In this document: positions 28,582 through 39,407 of the stretch, in pieces
Position numbering within the stretch: the stretch's first letter is position 1
Layout of the letters: each line of letters starts with the position of its first letter
Assembly: GCA_046293555.1 (NCBI GenBank)
Contig: JBKBOT010000004.1
Span: 1 to 64,000, forward strand
From: Pyrobaculum sp.
Lineage (GTDB): Archaea; Thermoproteota; Thermoprotei; Thermoproteales; Thermoproteaceae
Reading direction: 5' to 3'
Length of the DNA stretch: 64,000 nucleotides
Translations under genes and position numbers: made by a program
Notes under the pieces: generated by a model
What the model was told of the DNA's origin: nothing
Databases searched by the model: none
Seen by the model: only the letters and a program-made list of their open reading frames with translations

Positions 28582-29424
28582 GTGTTGCCCTATTTAGTAT
28601 TGCTAAAGCCTAGAGTAATTTGGCTTTTAATATTGGCGTCAGTGGCTGGGTATATATATGCAACTCCACAAATAGATCCCATACTCTTGTTGTCTTTATT
28701 ACTTGTAGCTTTTCTTTCTACAGGAGGATCTGCGGCCTTTAATCATTACTGGGAGAGAGATATTGACAGCGCCATGACTCGCACCGCCAAAAGGCCTCTA
28801 CCCATGGGCCTTGTGGCGCCGAAAAACGCCTTGACCTACTCCCTAATGCTTTCAGCTGTTGGCGTGTTATGCGGCTTTCTATTATTGGGGCCTCTCCCGA
28901 CATTTTTCGTGGCATTGGGGTGGGTCTTTTATTCTGTAGTATATACGATATTGCTAAAAAGGAGAAGTTGGCTAAATGTGTTGGGCGGCGGCTTTGCTGG
29001 AAACGCCACTTTTCTAGGTGGTTATGCCTTGGGTAAGGGGTATATAGACCTTACAGCCCTGTTGCTCTCTTTTGCGATATATCTCTGGATTCCTTCACAC
29101 ATATGGGCTCTTGCGTATAGATATAGACATGACTACAGAGCCGCCGGGGTGCCCATGTTGCCCACAGTGGTGAGTGAAGGCAATGCAATAAAGATAATCT
29201 CGACGTTAAATATCTTAAGCGCTTTTTACATCCTGTGGCTATATCTCACTCTCGCGGGGGCAGACCACCTCTTTTTGTTAGTGGCGGCAGGCGCCGCGGC
29301 GTCTATATATACAAGCATAAAAGCCCTCATTGAGAAGAGCGACGAGGCGATGTGGAAGATGTATAAAGCCTCTAGCCCCATCCTCATGTTGTTTCTCCTC
29401 GCCCTTATTTTCGCCAAGCTTTAA
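28582..29424 (+). CDS. ctaB: protoheme IX prenyltransferase (heme o synthase)
   Basis: LLKPRV, N..ERDID..M.RT..RPLP, YT..LKRR, H.WALA...DY..AGVPMLP. Confidence 0.93.
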   Translation: MLPYLVLLKPRVIWLLILASVAGYIYATPQIDPILLLSLLLVAFLSTGGSAAFNHYWERDIDSAMTRTAKRPLPMGLVAPKNALTYSLMLSAVGVLCGFLLLGPLPTFFVALGWVFYSVVYTILLKRRSWLNVLGGGFAGNATFLGGYALGKGYIDLTALLLSFAIYLWIPSHIWALAYRYRHDYRAAGVPMLPTVVSEGNAIKIISTLNILSAFYILWLYLTLAGADHLFLLVAAGAAASIYTSIKALIEKSDEAMWKMYKASSPILMLFLLALIFAKL

Positions 29425-30389
29425 GGAAGGGGGATAGGCTTCTGTCTGGCCAGCCTCCAGGCCACATATAGCACCGTGGCGATAGTCAAAACGCCGGCTG
29501 CTGTGATCTGGCCTAATAGCCGTAGGGCAGTTGCGATAGTGGCCAGCGCCAACAGCTCCAGCCCGTAGGTGGGGGCCCCCCTATATAAGACAGAGGGGAG
29601 GAAATAGGGCACGCACAACACGGACATCACCAAGGCGAAGGCCATGTACATAAAGTGGTGGTGTACCCCCGCGAGGGCTATGGCCCATCTAAACGCAAGG
29701 GCCCCCACGCCGTAGGGGTCTCTCACCTTGGGCGGAGCCACGGCGGTTAACACAAGTGACGGCAGTAAGAAGGCCCAGAGGTGCCCCAGCCTAAACGCCA
29801 GATAGGCGGCGACATATGTGGAGGCGAGGGCGAGAGAGCTGGCGAGAGAAAACCTCCGCCTAGCCTTAGAGCTGTCGATACGATATAGCAACGTGTAGAC
29901 TGACGCCAGAGGGTAGGAGGCTATGGCGTCGAGGTGGCTTCCGGCCGTCGGCAGAAATAATAGCCCCGGCACTGTGACGAGATTGGGGACATATGTGGGC
30001 TTCCCCCCAAGGCCCTTTATATATAAGATGGCGTAAGTTAGAGAAAAGGGGAGGTAGGCTATGTACCCAACCCAGTAGGAGACCACGGCGGCGGAGAAAA
30101 ACGCGGCGGCTAGCAGCCATGTGGCTGGCCTTTTGGGGACTGCGTTTATAAATCCCGGCAGCTGTATATACATGACGGAGAAATAGAAGGCCAGAAGCCC
30201 CACTGCCATGAGGTGGGCGTGAAACAAATGGCGACCAGCCACGGCGTCATATATGGCCAGGAGGAAAGATGCGGCGGAGACATATAACGCGATTTGTGCC
30301 GACTTGATTACAGCCACAGTGGCTTTAAAAAAGGCGTGGGGGTTAGACCTCCCGATTTCTAGCCACACGCCGCTTCTCACATGTCTCAT
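29421..30389 (-). CDS. polytopic membrane protein, possibly NnrS-like
   Basis: About 10-12 TM helices; HAHLM..G...LPGF and HHH motifs; start uncertain. Confidence 0.55.
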   Translation of the reverse strand: MRHVRSGVWLEIGRSNPHAFFKATVAVIKSAQIALYVSAASFLLAIYDAVAGRHLFHAHLMAVGLLAFYFSVMYIQLPGFINAVPKRPATWLLAAAFFSAAVVSYWVGYIAYLPFSLTYAILYIKGLGGKPTYVPNLVTVPGLLFLPTAGSHLDAIASYPLASVYTLLYRIDSSKARRRFSLASSLALASTYVAAYLAFRLGHLWAFLLPSLVLTAVAPPKVRDPYGVGALAFRWAIALAGVHHHFMYMAFALVMSVLCVPYFLPSVLYRGAPTYGLELLALATIATALRLLGQITAAGVLTIATVLYVAWRLARQKPIPLP

Positions 30390-30399
30390 GTACCTGCAG

Positions 30400-30849
30400 T
30401 CACGTCAATAACGTCACGACTTTTCTTAACGCCTTTTTGAAGTGTTTGTAGACCGCCGATTTGGAGACGCCGTATTTATCTGCAACGTCAGACAGACTGT
30501 AGCCGCCGGCCACCTGTCTAAGTACTTCTCTCTGGCGGGGAGTTAGAGTGAGGTCGCTAAGCCGCAGGGCCTCTACTATACGGCCTCTATATGTCTCCAC
30601 CACCTGTCTAACTGCCCTACTGTCTCTCACCACAATCACAACTTTTCTTCCCTCAAAAATGGGGCCTTTTGCCACATATCCCGTGGTGAGTAACCTATAG
30701 AGGGGACAATTCTCACATTTCGCGACGACGATCTTAACTCCAGCCGTGGTTTGCACTATGTGGTACATCTTGCCATGTCTAATCTTGACGCCAATTATGT
30801 CAAACGGAACGGCGTCGCAGTGATTTAATGTGAGCTTCAAAAATCTCAT
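30400..30849 (-). CDS. Bat-type (HTH-10) regulator with N-terminal Cys motif, paralog 2
   Basis: LTPRQREVL...VADKYGVSKSAVY; Cys11 and CENC; clearly similar to 27957-28412. Confidence 0.78.
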   Translation of the reverse strand: MRFLKLTLNHCDAVPFDIIGVKIRHGKMYHIVQTTAGVKIVVAKCENCPLYRLLTTGYVAKGPIFEGRKVVIVVRDSRAVRQVVETYRGRIVEALRLSDLTLTPRQREVLRQVAGGYSLSDVADKYGVSKSAVYKHFKKALRKVVTLLT

Positions 30850-30875
30850 GATATTACTAATCTCTCTCTTTTTAA

Positions 30876-31298
30876 CTAGTGTATATGGATTTCGAGGGTG
30901 GTGGGCGGCGCCTCGAATTGTATCTTGGCGCCGTCGTCTAGACGTATGGCTACTCTTATGGTTCCCTCTACGGCGCCATATATCATGAGGTGGTATGTGA
31001 GGTGTCTAAAAGACGCCGTGCTGAAGGGAGCCACACAGACCTTATCTACAGGCAGCATGGCCACCACAGTGCCGTTAACTACAGTTTTGTGTAACTCCGC
31101 CGTGGCTGTATGTGGTTTTTCCAGCTCGGCGCCTATGATACATCTGGTGAAAGGCGTTGGGTTTACAAAGGTGAAGTATACCATCCCCACGTCTGGCGCC
31201 GTCATGACGTAACTGGCGTCTTTCACATAGGGCCTGGCTAGGCCTATATAGGCGAGGGTAATTACGGCGACTGTCAGCACTATGGCGAGAAGCCGCAT
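30876..31298 (-). CDS. copper chaperone PCu(A)C
   Basis: Signal/TM; ELH-x10-M...YHLM copper-binding motif. Confidence 0.85.
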   Translation of the reverse strand: MRLLAIVLTVAVITLAYIGLARPYVKDASYVMTAPDVGMVYFTFVNPTPFTRCIIGAELEKPHTATAELHKTVVNGTVVAMLPVDKVCVAPFSTASFRHLTYHLMIYGAVEGTIRVAIRLDDGAKIQFEAPPTTLEIHIH

Positions 31299-31301
31299 GT
31301 C

Positions 31302-31652
31302 TTAATATGGCCTTAAAAATATTGCATATGCCATAGCCACCAACGCCACGAGGCCAATAAAGTGGTCTATAGGTATGTCTGTATGGGGGATGTGCCAGAC
31401 GTAGCCCGTGTACATAGATATGGAGAGAGCCAGCTCTCTTGCCAGCAGTAGGAGAAACGCCACGAGGAGCCACCTAAATCTGGGGGTTCTCACCCTCACA
31501 TATCCAGAAATAGCCACGTAGAGCAAAACTGCCGCCACCACCACTGTGGCTGTATGTAACATGGCGTGTCCTGGCGACAGCCCCTCGTGTTTATGTCCCA
31601 AAGAGAGGAGGAGGACGGCTATGGGTATTAGGAAAAACAACAGGCTTCTCAT
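31302..31652 (-). CDS. small His-containing membrane protein
   Basis: 3-4 TM helices with HKHEG, H..H loops; overlaps its neighbours in the operon. Confidence 0.6.
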   Translation of the reverse strand: MRSLLFFLIPIAVLLLSLGHKHEGLSPGHAMLHTATVVVAAVLLYVAISGYVRVRTPRFRWLLVAFLLLLARELALSISMYTGYVWHIPHTDIPIDHFIGLVALVAMAYAIFLRPY

Positions 31653-32443
31653 AGGTCTATTTTTTTAGAGTTGTCGTATATGGCTAAAGCCAACGCGGCG
31701 AGCCACGCCGCGTATATGCCTGAAAACACCACAAAGATCCACTCTGGTCCCATATGTATGACGTATTCCCCCAGAGGCCCTAGAGTTAAGAGGTGGCGGT
31801 CTACAAGCGCCGTGGCTGTAAGCGCCACCAGCTTTATGGGGTTTGCCAGCTGTATGGCCAACAGGGCTTCACTCCCCAGCGGCAGTATGAGGTTTATAAA
31901 AGCCACAACTATGTCGTATATTATGGCCAGCCCCGTCCACGCCACCACCGAGTAGAGAAAAGCCGACTCCCGGCTTTTAGAGATAAGGCCTATATATGTG
32001 CCAAGTAGCGACGCCACCGCCGAGACGGACAAGGTGAAAAAAACGGCGGGGGTCCCCCGCAGTAGGAAATACGGCGTTATGGCCACAAGGGTGTACGCCA
32101 GCGCCAGCGCCAGGTTTGCCACAGCTCTACTCCAGAAATAACCCGCCCTCCCCCAGCTGGAGAGATAGGCCTCCACAAGGCCCTCTCTATCTCCCACCGT
32201 GGAGGCAGTGGAGGCCATCATGGCTATAAAGGAGGCCACCACCGTGAGGAAGTTTATAGAGGTTACCACAGCCGCAAAGCCGCCGCCTAGAGATGCCAAA
32301 GCCACAGAGACAGCCCACCCTAAGGCCAACATGGCGAGATATGGCGGAGTTAAGGCGTCGCGTTTAAGTGTAAATATAAGCAGTTTAGCCATAGCCCACC
32401 ACATATCGCATCTCTCCCCACTTGACACATATCTCGTCCCCAC
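31649..32443 (-). CDS. ABC permease NosY-like (copy 2)
   Basis: Six TM helices, DREG..E..LS motif, ANP; downstream of nosF/nosD-like genes; start uncertain. Confidence 0.7.
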   Translation of the reverse strand: MGTRYVSSGERCDMWWAMAKLLIFTLKRDALTPPYLAMLALGWAVSVALASLGGGFAAVVTSINFLTVVASFIAMMASTASTVGDREGLVEAYLSSWGRAGYFWSRAVANLALALAYTLVAITPYFLLRGTPAVFFTLSVSAVASLLGTYIGLISKSRESAFLYSVVAWTGLAIIYDIVVAFINLILPLGSEALLAIQLANPIKLVALTATALVDRHLLTLGPLGEYVIHMGPEWIFVVFSGIYAAWLAALALAIYDNSKKIDL

Positions 32444-33041
32444 AGGCCTCCAGATACGCCGCCTTGGCTTTCTCCCAGCTGGCCACAGAGGTGACTCTCC
32501 CCTCCTGTATATATATCAAGGTGGGTTTAAGTACCAGAAATGGCGCCGGGTCGTGTGTAGCCAGTATGAAGGGCCTCCCGGCTAGAGACCTAACTAGCTC
32601 TACCCTAAACCTAGTCTCTAGGTAGGAAAGCGGCTCGTCCAGAAGAGGTATTTTATCTAGAGAGGCCGCCACCGTGAGTAAAACCCGCGCCGCCATGCCG
32701 GAAGAAAGCTCCGCCCCCCTCTTGGCGAGAAAGTCCTCTACTCCAAACCTGGGCCTAATGTCCCTCTGGAAGACCTCAGAGAGGTGTTGTAAATACTCCC
32801 CCACAGTTACTGTAGGCGGCAGGCGGGGGGCAGGCGGCAGGTAGTAAAACAGGCCGGGGCCTGCCGGCATGCCGTCAATCTCCACACGGCTCTTACAGCT
32901 ATATACGCCGGAGAGGCAGCGGAGGACTGTGGACTTGCCGCTGCCGTTTGGCCCTAACAACAGGGCGGGGCCGCTCCACCTGGCGTCAAATCTCAGCGAG
33001 AAGCCTCTAAACCTCTTCTCTACCGCCGCGTAAATATCCAT
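32385..33041 (-). CDS. ABC ATPase NosF-like (copy 2)
   Basis: GPNGSGKS, LSSG, LLDEP, ATHD. Confidence 0.75.
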   Translation of the reverse strand: MDIYAAVEKRFRGFSLRFDARWSGPALLLGPNGSGKSTVLRCLSGVYSCKSRVEIDGMPAGPGLFYYLPPAPRLPPTVTVGEYLQHLSEVFQRDIRPRFGVEDFLAKRGAELSSGMAARVLLTVAASLDKIPLLDEPLSYLETRFRVELVRSLAGRPFILATHDPAPFLVLKPTLIYIQEGRVTSVASWEKAKAAYLEACGDEICVKWGEMRYVVGYG

Positions 33042-34180
33042 AACGCCGCCGGCAGTAAGGCAAAGACGGCCAGCCAGCTGGGTTGACGTACGTCCGGCTG
33101 GGGGGTTGGGTCGGCCACGACGGGCCTCCCGGCTAGGGAGTCAATTAGGGCTTTGGCTGGAGATGCGGCCAGAAAGGCGAGGTCTCCCTCTGTGGCTGTC
33201 ATGAGGTCTGAAAAGGCGCTGGAGTATACATAGGGCCTGTCTGACGGGTGGCCGCCCCAGAGGTTGTGTATAAACGCCGCAGTGGCCGCCGCCTCCCCCA
33301 CGCCGCGGTGTAATACAGCCACCACGTTGTCTCTAATGGTGTTGTTGGCAAAAAGGACGCCGGTGCCGTTTCTCCCCCATAGAGTTACCCCAAAGTAGTT
33401 CTCCACAATGTCGCAATTTTTAACTACAACACGTGTGCCGCCCCAGTAGAGGACAAAAACGCCGTGGATATTCCCACGGGAGGTACAGCCGGCCACCTCT
33501 CCCTCTACCTCTGCCAGAAGTAGCCCGTAGCCCTCCGCCCAATTCCTGTTGTCTACCAACGTGGCGTTTTGTAACGTCGCCGCCGTGGTGTACATCAAGG
33601 CGGCTCCCACGTAGTTCTGGCGGGCGTAGAGACCCTCTATAGCCGCCCCGTGGCTAAACATCAGGTGGACGCCATATCTACAGTCCCAAGTCTCCACATT
33701 GCTGATTTTAACCCCCCTGGAGTACTCGACGTATATACAGTCGTGAAAATGTCTAAAAGAGGCCCACGCCGCCTCCACGTTGCTGGAGTTATATAGATAC
33801 AGCCCCACGCCCCTCTTGTATATAGGGAGTCCCTCAAGCCCGACGGCGTTAATACCCCTAATGGCGACATTTGTGGAGTTAAAGACCAGCACCCCCGAGC
33901 TACACCAGAGCTCTAGCCTCTCGACGGTTATATTCCTGCCCACAATTAACATACAGCCGGCTGTGGGCTTTAGCCTATATGCGGTCATAACTGCCGGGAG
34001 CTCTACGGCCACCTCCCCGCCTTTAACCACGGCGTTTTTTAAAACCACGTCGCTGGCGTTTATCACAAGCCTAGAGGCTGTGATGTTTTCATAAACGCCT
34101 GGCTTGTCTATTATAACTACAGCCGCTAACGCCTTAACAGCTATTATACCAGCCAGGAGGAGAAGACCAAGCAGGGCCAT
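33020..34180 (-). CDS. NosD-like beta-helix protein (copy 2)
   Basis: RGVGLYLYN, D.IY, RYGVHLMFS, VGAALMY beta-helix motifs; C-terminal anchor. Confidence 0.85.
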   Translation of the reverse strand: MALLGLLLLAGIIAVKALAAVVIIDKPGVYENITASRLVINASDVVLKNAVVKGGEVAVELPAVMTAYRLKPTAGCMLIVGRNITVERLELWCSSGVLVFNSTNVAIRGINAVGLEGLPIYKRGVGLYLYNSSNVEAAWASFRHFHDCIYVEYSRGVKISNVETWDCRYGVHLMFSHGAAIEGLYARQNYVGAALMYTTAATLQNATLVDNRNWAEGYGLLLAEVEGEVAGCTSRGNIHGVFVLYWGGTRVVVKNCDIVENYFGVTLWGRNGTGVLFANNTIRDNVVAVLHRGVGEAAATAAFIHNLWGGHPSDRPYVYSSAFSDLMTATEGDLAFLAASPAKALIDSLAGRPVVADPTPQPDVRQPSWLAVFALLPAALWIFTRR

Positions 34181-34736
34181 AGTGGAAGTTATTTAAGACA
34201 CATTTATAACTAACCACCTTCCTCACCTCTCCGCTAGGCTTCGGGGGGCTGTAGACATCGCCACCAATGGCTTTAACCCGCCAGGGGCTTGACGCCTCGC
34301 CTCTCTTGTACCTCTCCAGGTTTTGGGGTGCCACAGCCAATATCCCGGTGCCCATAGCGGTGAACTCCGTAGTGACCAAAAGGCTGGCCTCCCGCGCCTC
34401 TATCCATCTGCCCTCCACTCTATCTATCACACAGACTTGTAACACCTCCCCGCCCGAGTTCTCTACTTCTCTATGCCATGTGGCTAGACAGCCCACGTCG
34501 TCAAAAAAATACCACCGCTCTACTCCCCTCAACCTGACTTTCATCGCCGCGGCTGAGGGGGGGTAATCTACCACCATCTTGCAGACTGGACACTCCTCCC
34601 GGCCGAAGACAAGCGGCGGCTCCTCCCCACAGTAAAGACCCCCCTCCCCGCCCCTCAGGCGGGACAATACGCCAAATAACGCCGCCGTCCCCACGAGGCC
34701 TAGGAGGAGGGCGAAAAAAGTGCGGCGGGTTGGCAT
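34134..34736 (-). CDS. NosL-like copper chaperone (Tat signal)
   Basis: TRRTFF; CPVCKM, FDDVGC, TAMG.G. Confidence 0.82.
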   Translation of the reverse strand: MPTRRTFFALLLGLVGTAALFGVLSRLRGGEGGLYCGEEPPLVFGREECPVCKMVVDYPPSAAAMKVRLRGVERWYFFDDVGCLATWHREVENSGGEVLQVCVIDRVEGRWIEAREASLLVTTEFTAMGTGILAVAPQNLERYKRGEASSPWRVKAIGGDVYSPPKPSGEVRKVVSYKCVLNNFHYGPAWSSPPGWYNSC

Positions 34737-35425
34737 TAGTGGGTGTGCGTCGCCGCGCCTCTACACCAGTTGGGTCTAGGCATCCCGGTCTTCTGCATCA
34801 CCTCTCTATATAGCTGAAGCATTTGGTCAAAAGTGTAGATAGTGGCGTTGTGTTTCTTGGCGTCGTCGGGGTTAGAGAAGGCAAACACACAATCGCCCAT
34901 GGGGGTCTTCCTGTCTTGTAAGATCACGTAATACGCCCTCTTGGCGTCTACATATAGCTCGACGCCACGTCTGTGAGCTTCATAATCTGGCACCAACACC
35001 TGCTTGACCCCACCCAATACGTTCTTTATGTCATCCACAGTGGCGTTTAGCCTGGCGAGAAAACGCCATTTCTCTATAGGTATTAACTGCATCCTGAATA
35101 TACAGCCGATGTCGTCAGTTCTGGCAGCTACCCCCTTGTCGAATATAACTCGCGCCGAGACTCCCATCTTTACAGCCTCAGCCACATCCATGCCGCAGAA
35201 TATACAACGGCGTTCAAAAGTGCCGTTTTTGACAAGTTGTTCCAACAGTGGAACAGGCTTGGCGACAGTTTGAGTCACCGTAGCGGTCTCGGTTGTTGTC
35301 ACTGTTTGAGTCACCGTAGTGGCGACAGTTTGAGTCACCACCTTCGCCGGGGCTGTCGCTGTGCCAGCCAGATAGGCGGCGACCCCCACCACAATCGCCA
35401 CCAGAAGTGGAACTACTATTTTCAT
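34736..35425 (-). CDS. NosL-like copper chaperone with Thr-rich stalk
   Basis: CIFCGM, DDIGC, A.YV, TPMG..VFAF. Confidence 0.82.
   Translation of the reverse strand: MKIVVPLLVAIVVGVAAYLAGTATAPAKVVTQTVATTVTQTVTTTETATVTQTVAKPVPLLEQLVKNGTFERRCIFCGMDVAEAVKMGVSARVIFDKGVAARTDDIGCIFRMQLIPIEKWRFLARLNATVDDIKNVLGGVKQVLVPDYEAHRRGVELYVDAKRAYYVILQDRKTPMGDCVFAFSNPDDAKKHNATIYTFDQMLQLYREVMQKTGMPRPNWCRGAATHTH
35261..35340. repeat. coding tandem repeats (VTQTV units) in the NosL stalk
   Basis: GGCGACAGTTTGAGTCACC twice plus a related middle copy. Confidence 0.75.
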
Positions 35426-35447
35426 AAAGGCCCATGTAATATTTTTG

Positions 35448-35498
35448 TTTAAACCTTATGGAACAACATGTGGGGAGTCTCCCGCGGGGGTGTTCTAG
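35448..35498 (-). promoter_or_regulatory. CTAGAACA-N22-TGTTGTTCCA box plus TTTAAA (promoter of the second nos accessory operon)
   Basis: Same motif, spacer and 5-nt distance to TATA as at 49157-49207. Confidence 0.7.
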
Positions 35499-35714
35499 AG
35501 CGTTAGGCGTTGAGGTAGATATGGCCACATTAAGACATAGGCAAGGGAAAAATATGTAAAATATGCTGGACGACGCCGGCGGCCCTGAGGAGTCTCACAG
35601 GCTTTGTATATTAAAACGGCGCCGCTGCGATATTCCTTCAGAAGGAGGCCCCCTACAAGCTTATAACAGATAGGCGCTGGGGGAGGCCTAGAATTCTAAA
35701 AAGCCTAACGGACA

Positions 35715-36188
35715 CTACTTAACTTTAGACATGGCCACGCCTAACAAAACAAAGGCGTAGGCGAGTAGGAATACCCCAGCCTTTAGGTAAAACAAGGCTG
35801 CCCCAGCCACGTAGACCATCCCGGCGGCCTTAAAGAGGCCTACCCCCGTGGCCTTATATGCCCTTTCCATTAATATATAAAACGGCACTGTTGTGACTAT
35901 CCAGGCGGCGGCCACGTGGGCTAGGTAGGGAGAGTTGGTGAGAAAGGCGGTGATAATAGTTAGCCTCAACGCCGCGGCTGTGGTCAGAGAGGCTGTAAGA
36001 GCTGTGGCAAACCAAAACAAGCCCATGGTGTAGATCTGCCTGTTGTTATAGTAATACGCCATCCATCTAGAGGCCAGTAGTAGAAAGATGTGGGCCACCA
36101 CGGCCACTGGCAGTAATATCCCCTCAATTATAAAAGAGAGGGCGCCAACAACGCCGAAGACCTTGATAGGGCCGGGGTCTAGAGACAT
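35715..36188 (-). CDS. membrane protein, DUF996-like
   Basis: LLAS..MA.YY....IY and TGV.LFKAAG patterns; 4-5 TM helices. Confidence 0.6.
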   Translation of the reverse strand: MSLDPGPIKVFGVVGALSFIIEGILLPVAVVAHIFLLLASRWMAYYYNNRQIYTMGLFWFATALTASLTTAAALRLTIITAFLTNSPYLAHVAAAWIVTTVPFYILMERAYKATGVGLFKAAGMVYVAGAALFYLKAGVFLLAYAFVLLGVAMSKVK

Positions 36189-36193
36189 AACAG

Positions 36194-36379
36194 CTAAGAC
36201 CTGGACTCATGTAGCCACCGCTCGTACCACCGCTCAAAATAATAATAAGCCAGCGCCATCATTCCAAGAACTAGAAATGAGGAGAAGAGCGGCGGGTCGA
36301 AGTGTATAAACGCCACAGCTACGGCGGCGGTCAGTAGAACTACGGCGACTGTTAGAGAAAACCACTTGAGAATCCTCAT
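36194..36379 (-). CDS. small two-TM protein, probable oxidase subunit IV-like
   Basis: MRILKWFSL... ATG overlaps the SoxM stop; two hydrophobic helices. Confidence 0.55.
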   Translation of the reverse strand: MRILKWFSLTVAVVLLTAAVAVAFIHFDPPLFSSFLVLGMMALAYYYFERWYERWLHESRS

Positions 36380-38971
36380 GCCGCCGTGGGCACAGGCCTT
36401 ATGGCATGTATGGCGCCGAGGTAAAAGGTGACGAACAACACCACCCACACTCCGTCTACAAAATGCCAGTAGTACTCGGCGGCCTCCACGCCCTGAGGCC
36501 TCTTCTGGCTCCAGTAGCCCAACGCCACCAACACCGCCACTAGAGACCAGAAGACTAGACCAATTATCACGTGAAAGCCGTGAAGTGTGACTATGGCGTA
36601 GAAGTAGTTAGCCACTATGGAGGACGCCGGCGTAAAGCCTTCTTTTTGTAACGCCGGATACTCCACTAAAAACTGGCTGCCTGCAAAAAAGGCCCCCAGG
36701 GCCGTGGTTACAGCAAGCCATAGATAGAACTGACGCAAGTTGCCTCTCTGGAGGCTTCTCCTGGCGGCCATGGCCGTGAAGCTACTTCCCCACAAGGCAA
36801 AAGTCATGGCTAGAGACAGGGGGCCTATTAAAGAGGGTAGATGCGTCAAGGCGGCGTTCCAGTTGTCAAATAGCACCACCCTGGCGTAATATGCCGAAGA
36901 TATCAACGTGCCGAAGAGGGCTACCTCAGACAGGATTATCCACACCATAGACAGCCTCAAGTCCCCCCAGAGGGTGGGCGGCTTTGGCATCTCCACATGT
37001 GCCCCATTTAACATGCGGAGAGCCTTGGCGTGTTTTACCTGGTCTGCGAGAAACCACGCGACGCCAAGTGACATAAACACGGCTATAGCCACAAGCCCAA
37101 ATTGTGGCGCGGAGAGAAATGGATAGTTTTGAAGTATGGGGGAGACGCCTTTGAGCAGCGAGAGGACGCCGAGCCCCAACGGGATCAAGCCGGTGGCTAA
37201 GATAAATGGCCACGGGTTTGGCGAGTGGTGTGGCTTCACCAACGGCGGTATTACGTCCGGAAGGCCATATCTAGCAGAGCCCCAGGGGTCTTCCCTATTT
37301 TTAACCGCAGGCCCGTTGAGCAGGCTATAGAGGAGGTTTATGAAATACAACACAACACCCGTGGTGAGGATAATTGTGAAGATAGACATGGCGGCGTGGT
37401 ATGGATAGAGGTCTGGGGTGGGGGCTGCCGAGTATCTCCTAGGCGACCCCAAAACGCCGGCGGCAGACATTAGCGTATATGTGACAAAACCCCCTATGGT
37501 TATCAGACCCCAGCTAAACACAGCAAGCCTCTCGTTATACCATCTGCCAGTTAAGTGAGGGAAGTAGTACAGCAAGGCGCCGAAGATAGAGAAGGCGATG
37601 GCGTTGACGATGTAGTGGAAGTGTCCAATCACAAAGTAGGTGTCTTGTAGGGTTAAGCGTAACTACTGGGAAAAACACGCCGGTGACGCCGCCTACGATA
37701 AAAAAGAGGAGAAAGGTAAACATAAACAACATGGGGGCTCTTAGCAATATCCTGCCGCCGTATAGGGTGGCGGTCCAGTTAAAGACCTTTACGCCAGAGG
37801 GGATGGCCACAGCCATGGTGGCAATAGCCATGGCTAGCCTAGGGGCGTAGTCCTGCACTGCGGTAAACATGTGGTGCATCCAGACGGCGAAGCTTATGGA
37901 GGCTATAGCCACAGACGACACGGCAATAGCTGTGTAGCCATAGGCCCTCCTCCTGGCCATCCTCTGTATAACCTCTGAGACAAGCCCCATGGCTGGCAAC
38001 ACCAGGATGTAGACCTCCGGATGGCCAAAGAACCAGAAGATGTGTTGAAACAGCCGCGGGTCTCCCGACGCCGCCGGGTTGTTAGGCACCACCGTGAAGA
38101 AGTGAAGGCCCAGGTGTCTCTCTACTAACAACATGATCGCCCCGGCCGCCAGGGGGGGCAGCGCCACAACCATGAGAAGAGACGTGGCGAGGATAGACCA
38201 GGCAAAGAGAGACATATCTAACATCTTTATGTCAGGTCTCCTCAGCCTAGTTATGGTGAGGAGGAAGTTTATCCCAGTTAAGGTAGAGGACATGCCGGAG
38301 ATTATTACCGCCAACAGTATGAGATCTACGCCGATAGACCTGCTAAATGTGCTAAGCGGGGGGTATAACGTCCAGCCTATAGAGTCGCCGTGTTGCCAAA
38401 AGAGGAGGCTACTCCACATGAAGGCCGTTGCGGGGACCTGCATCCAGAGGGAGAGGGCGTTTACCCGAGGCCAGTAGAGGTCAGGCGCCCCGATTAGCTT
38501 AGGCACAAGAATGTTTGCCACCCCCGTCACGGCCTGCATGGCAAATAGTAATAACATGCCAAGGCCGTGAAGAGACATAAACCATGTATATAACAAGTCG
38601 TCGAAGGGTGGCGAGACGCCAGGGGTAGCCACGGCGGTGGTAGGAGGGCTATTGGCGATAGCAAGCCGCATGTAAATAGCGACAAAGCCCGCCAAGGCGA
38701 AGTTTACTATAGAAAAGAGTATGTACATTATGCCTATCTTGTGGGCATCGGTAGTGGTTAGGTAGTCGCCCAATATCTCTGACACGGGCTTCCCCCCCTT
38801 TCTCTGTTCACTATTTGCGGGTTCATTAGGGGCCACCACGGAAGCAGAGCCATACGGCTCCACCCCCGCCTCAGATGGCGCCGGTCCCATGGAGGCGGGG
38901 CGAGATTTTCCAAAAGCCTTTCTAACGAAACTACCCAAAATGTATGGTAGGTAGAACTTTTGGCTCTTCAT
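36376..38971 (-). pseudogene. soxM: SoxM-type (A-family) heme-copper oxidase, fused subunits I+III, frameshifted near 37651
   Basis: TTTDAHKIG, GWTLYPP, WFFGHPEVY, WMHH in one frame; LQDTYFVIGHFHY and subunit III motifs (SEVALF, HGFHV, YWHFVD) in another. Confidence 0.88.
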
Positions 38972-39407
38972 GTGGCCACCACCTGGCCTAACATTAGGTA
39001 GTGTTTTGCTCCACAAAACTCTGCACAGAATATGTGATATACGCCGGGTTTCTCCACTTGTAGCCACATGGTGTACCACCGGCCGGGCACTGCGTCGTAT
39101 TTATACCCCAGCTCTCTGATGTAGAAGGAGTGTACTACATCTCTAGACGTGGCCTCTAGCCTATACAACTTACCCGCCTTTATGTATAGGGTATTTACCG
39201 TAGTTGTGCCGTTTGGATATTCAAATATCCAACTATATCTAACTGCATATACCTTGATAGCCTCGTATTCCCCGGCGCCGAAAGCCCTGCCGGCGGCTGC
39301 CCTCCCGTAGTTTGATAAAGACCCACGGCGGTTATATAGGCTAGGTACCCCAATATAGCCGCCGCGCCTAATATGGTGGCGTATTCAAGAGCTTTCCCCC
39401 TCTCCAT
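38968..39407 (-). pseudogene. oxidase subunit II (SoxH-like, CuA), frameshifted near 39315
   Basis: TM helix MERGKALEY...; after a frame change IKVYAVRYSWIFEYP...DVVHSF...CAEFCGAKHYLM. Confidence 0.85.

Noticed and set aside
35261-35340. CRISPR or mobile-element repeat
   Set aside because: In-frame coding repeats of a Thr-rich linker
35500-35714. Possible sRNA or gene remnant
   Set aside because: No convincing C/D boxes, ORF or stable structure recognised
37535-37651. Programmed ribosomal frameshift in soxM
   Set aside because: No slippery heptamer, residues appear deleted, and neighbouring genes carry further lesions
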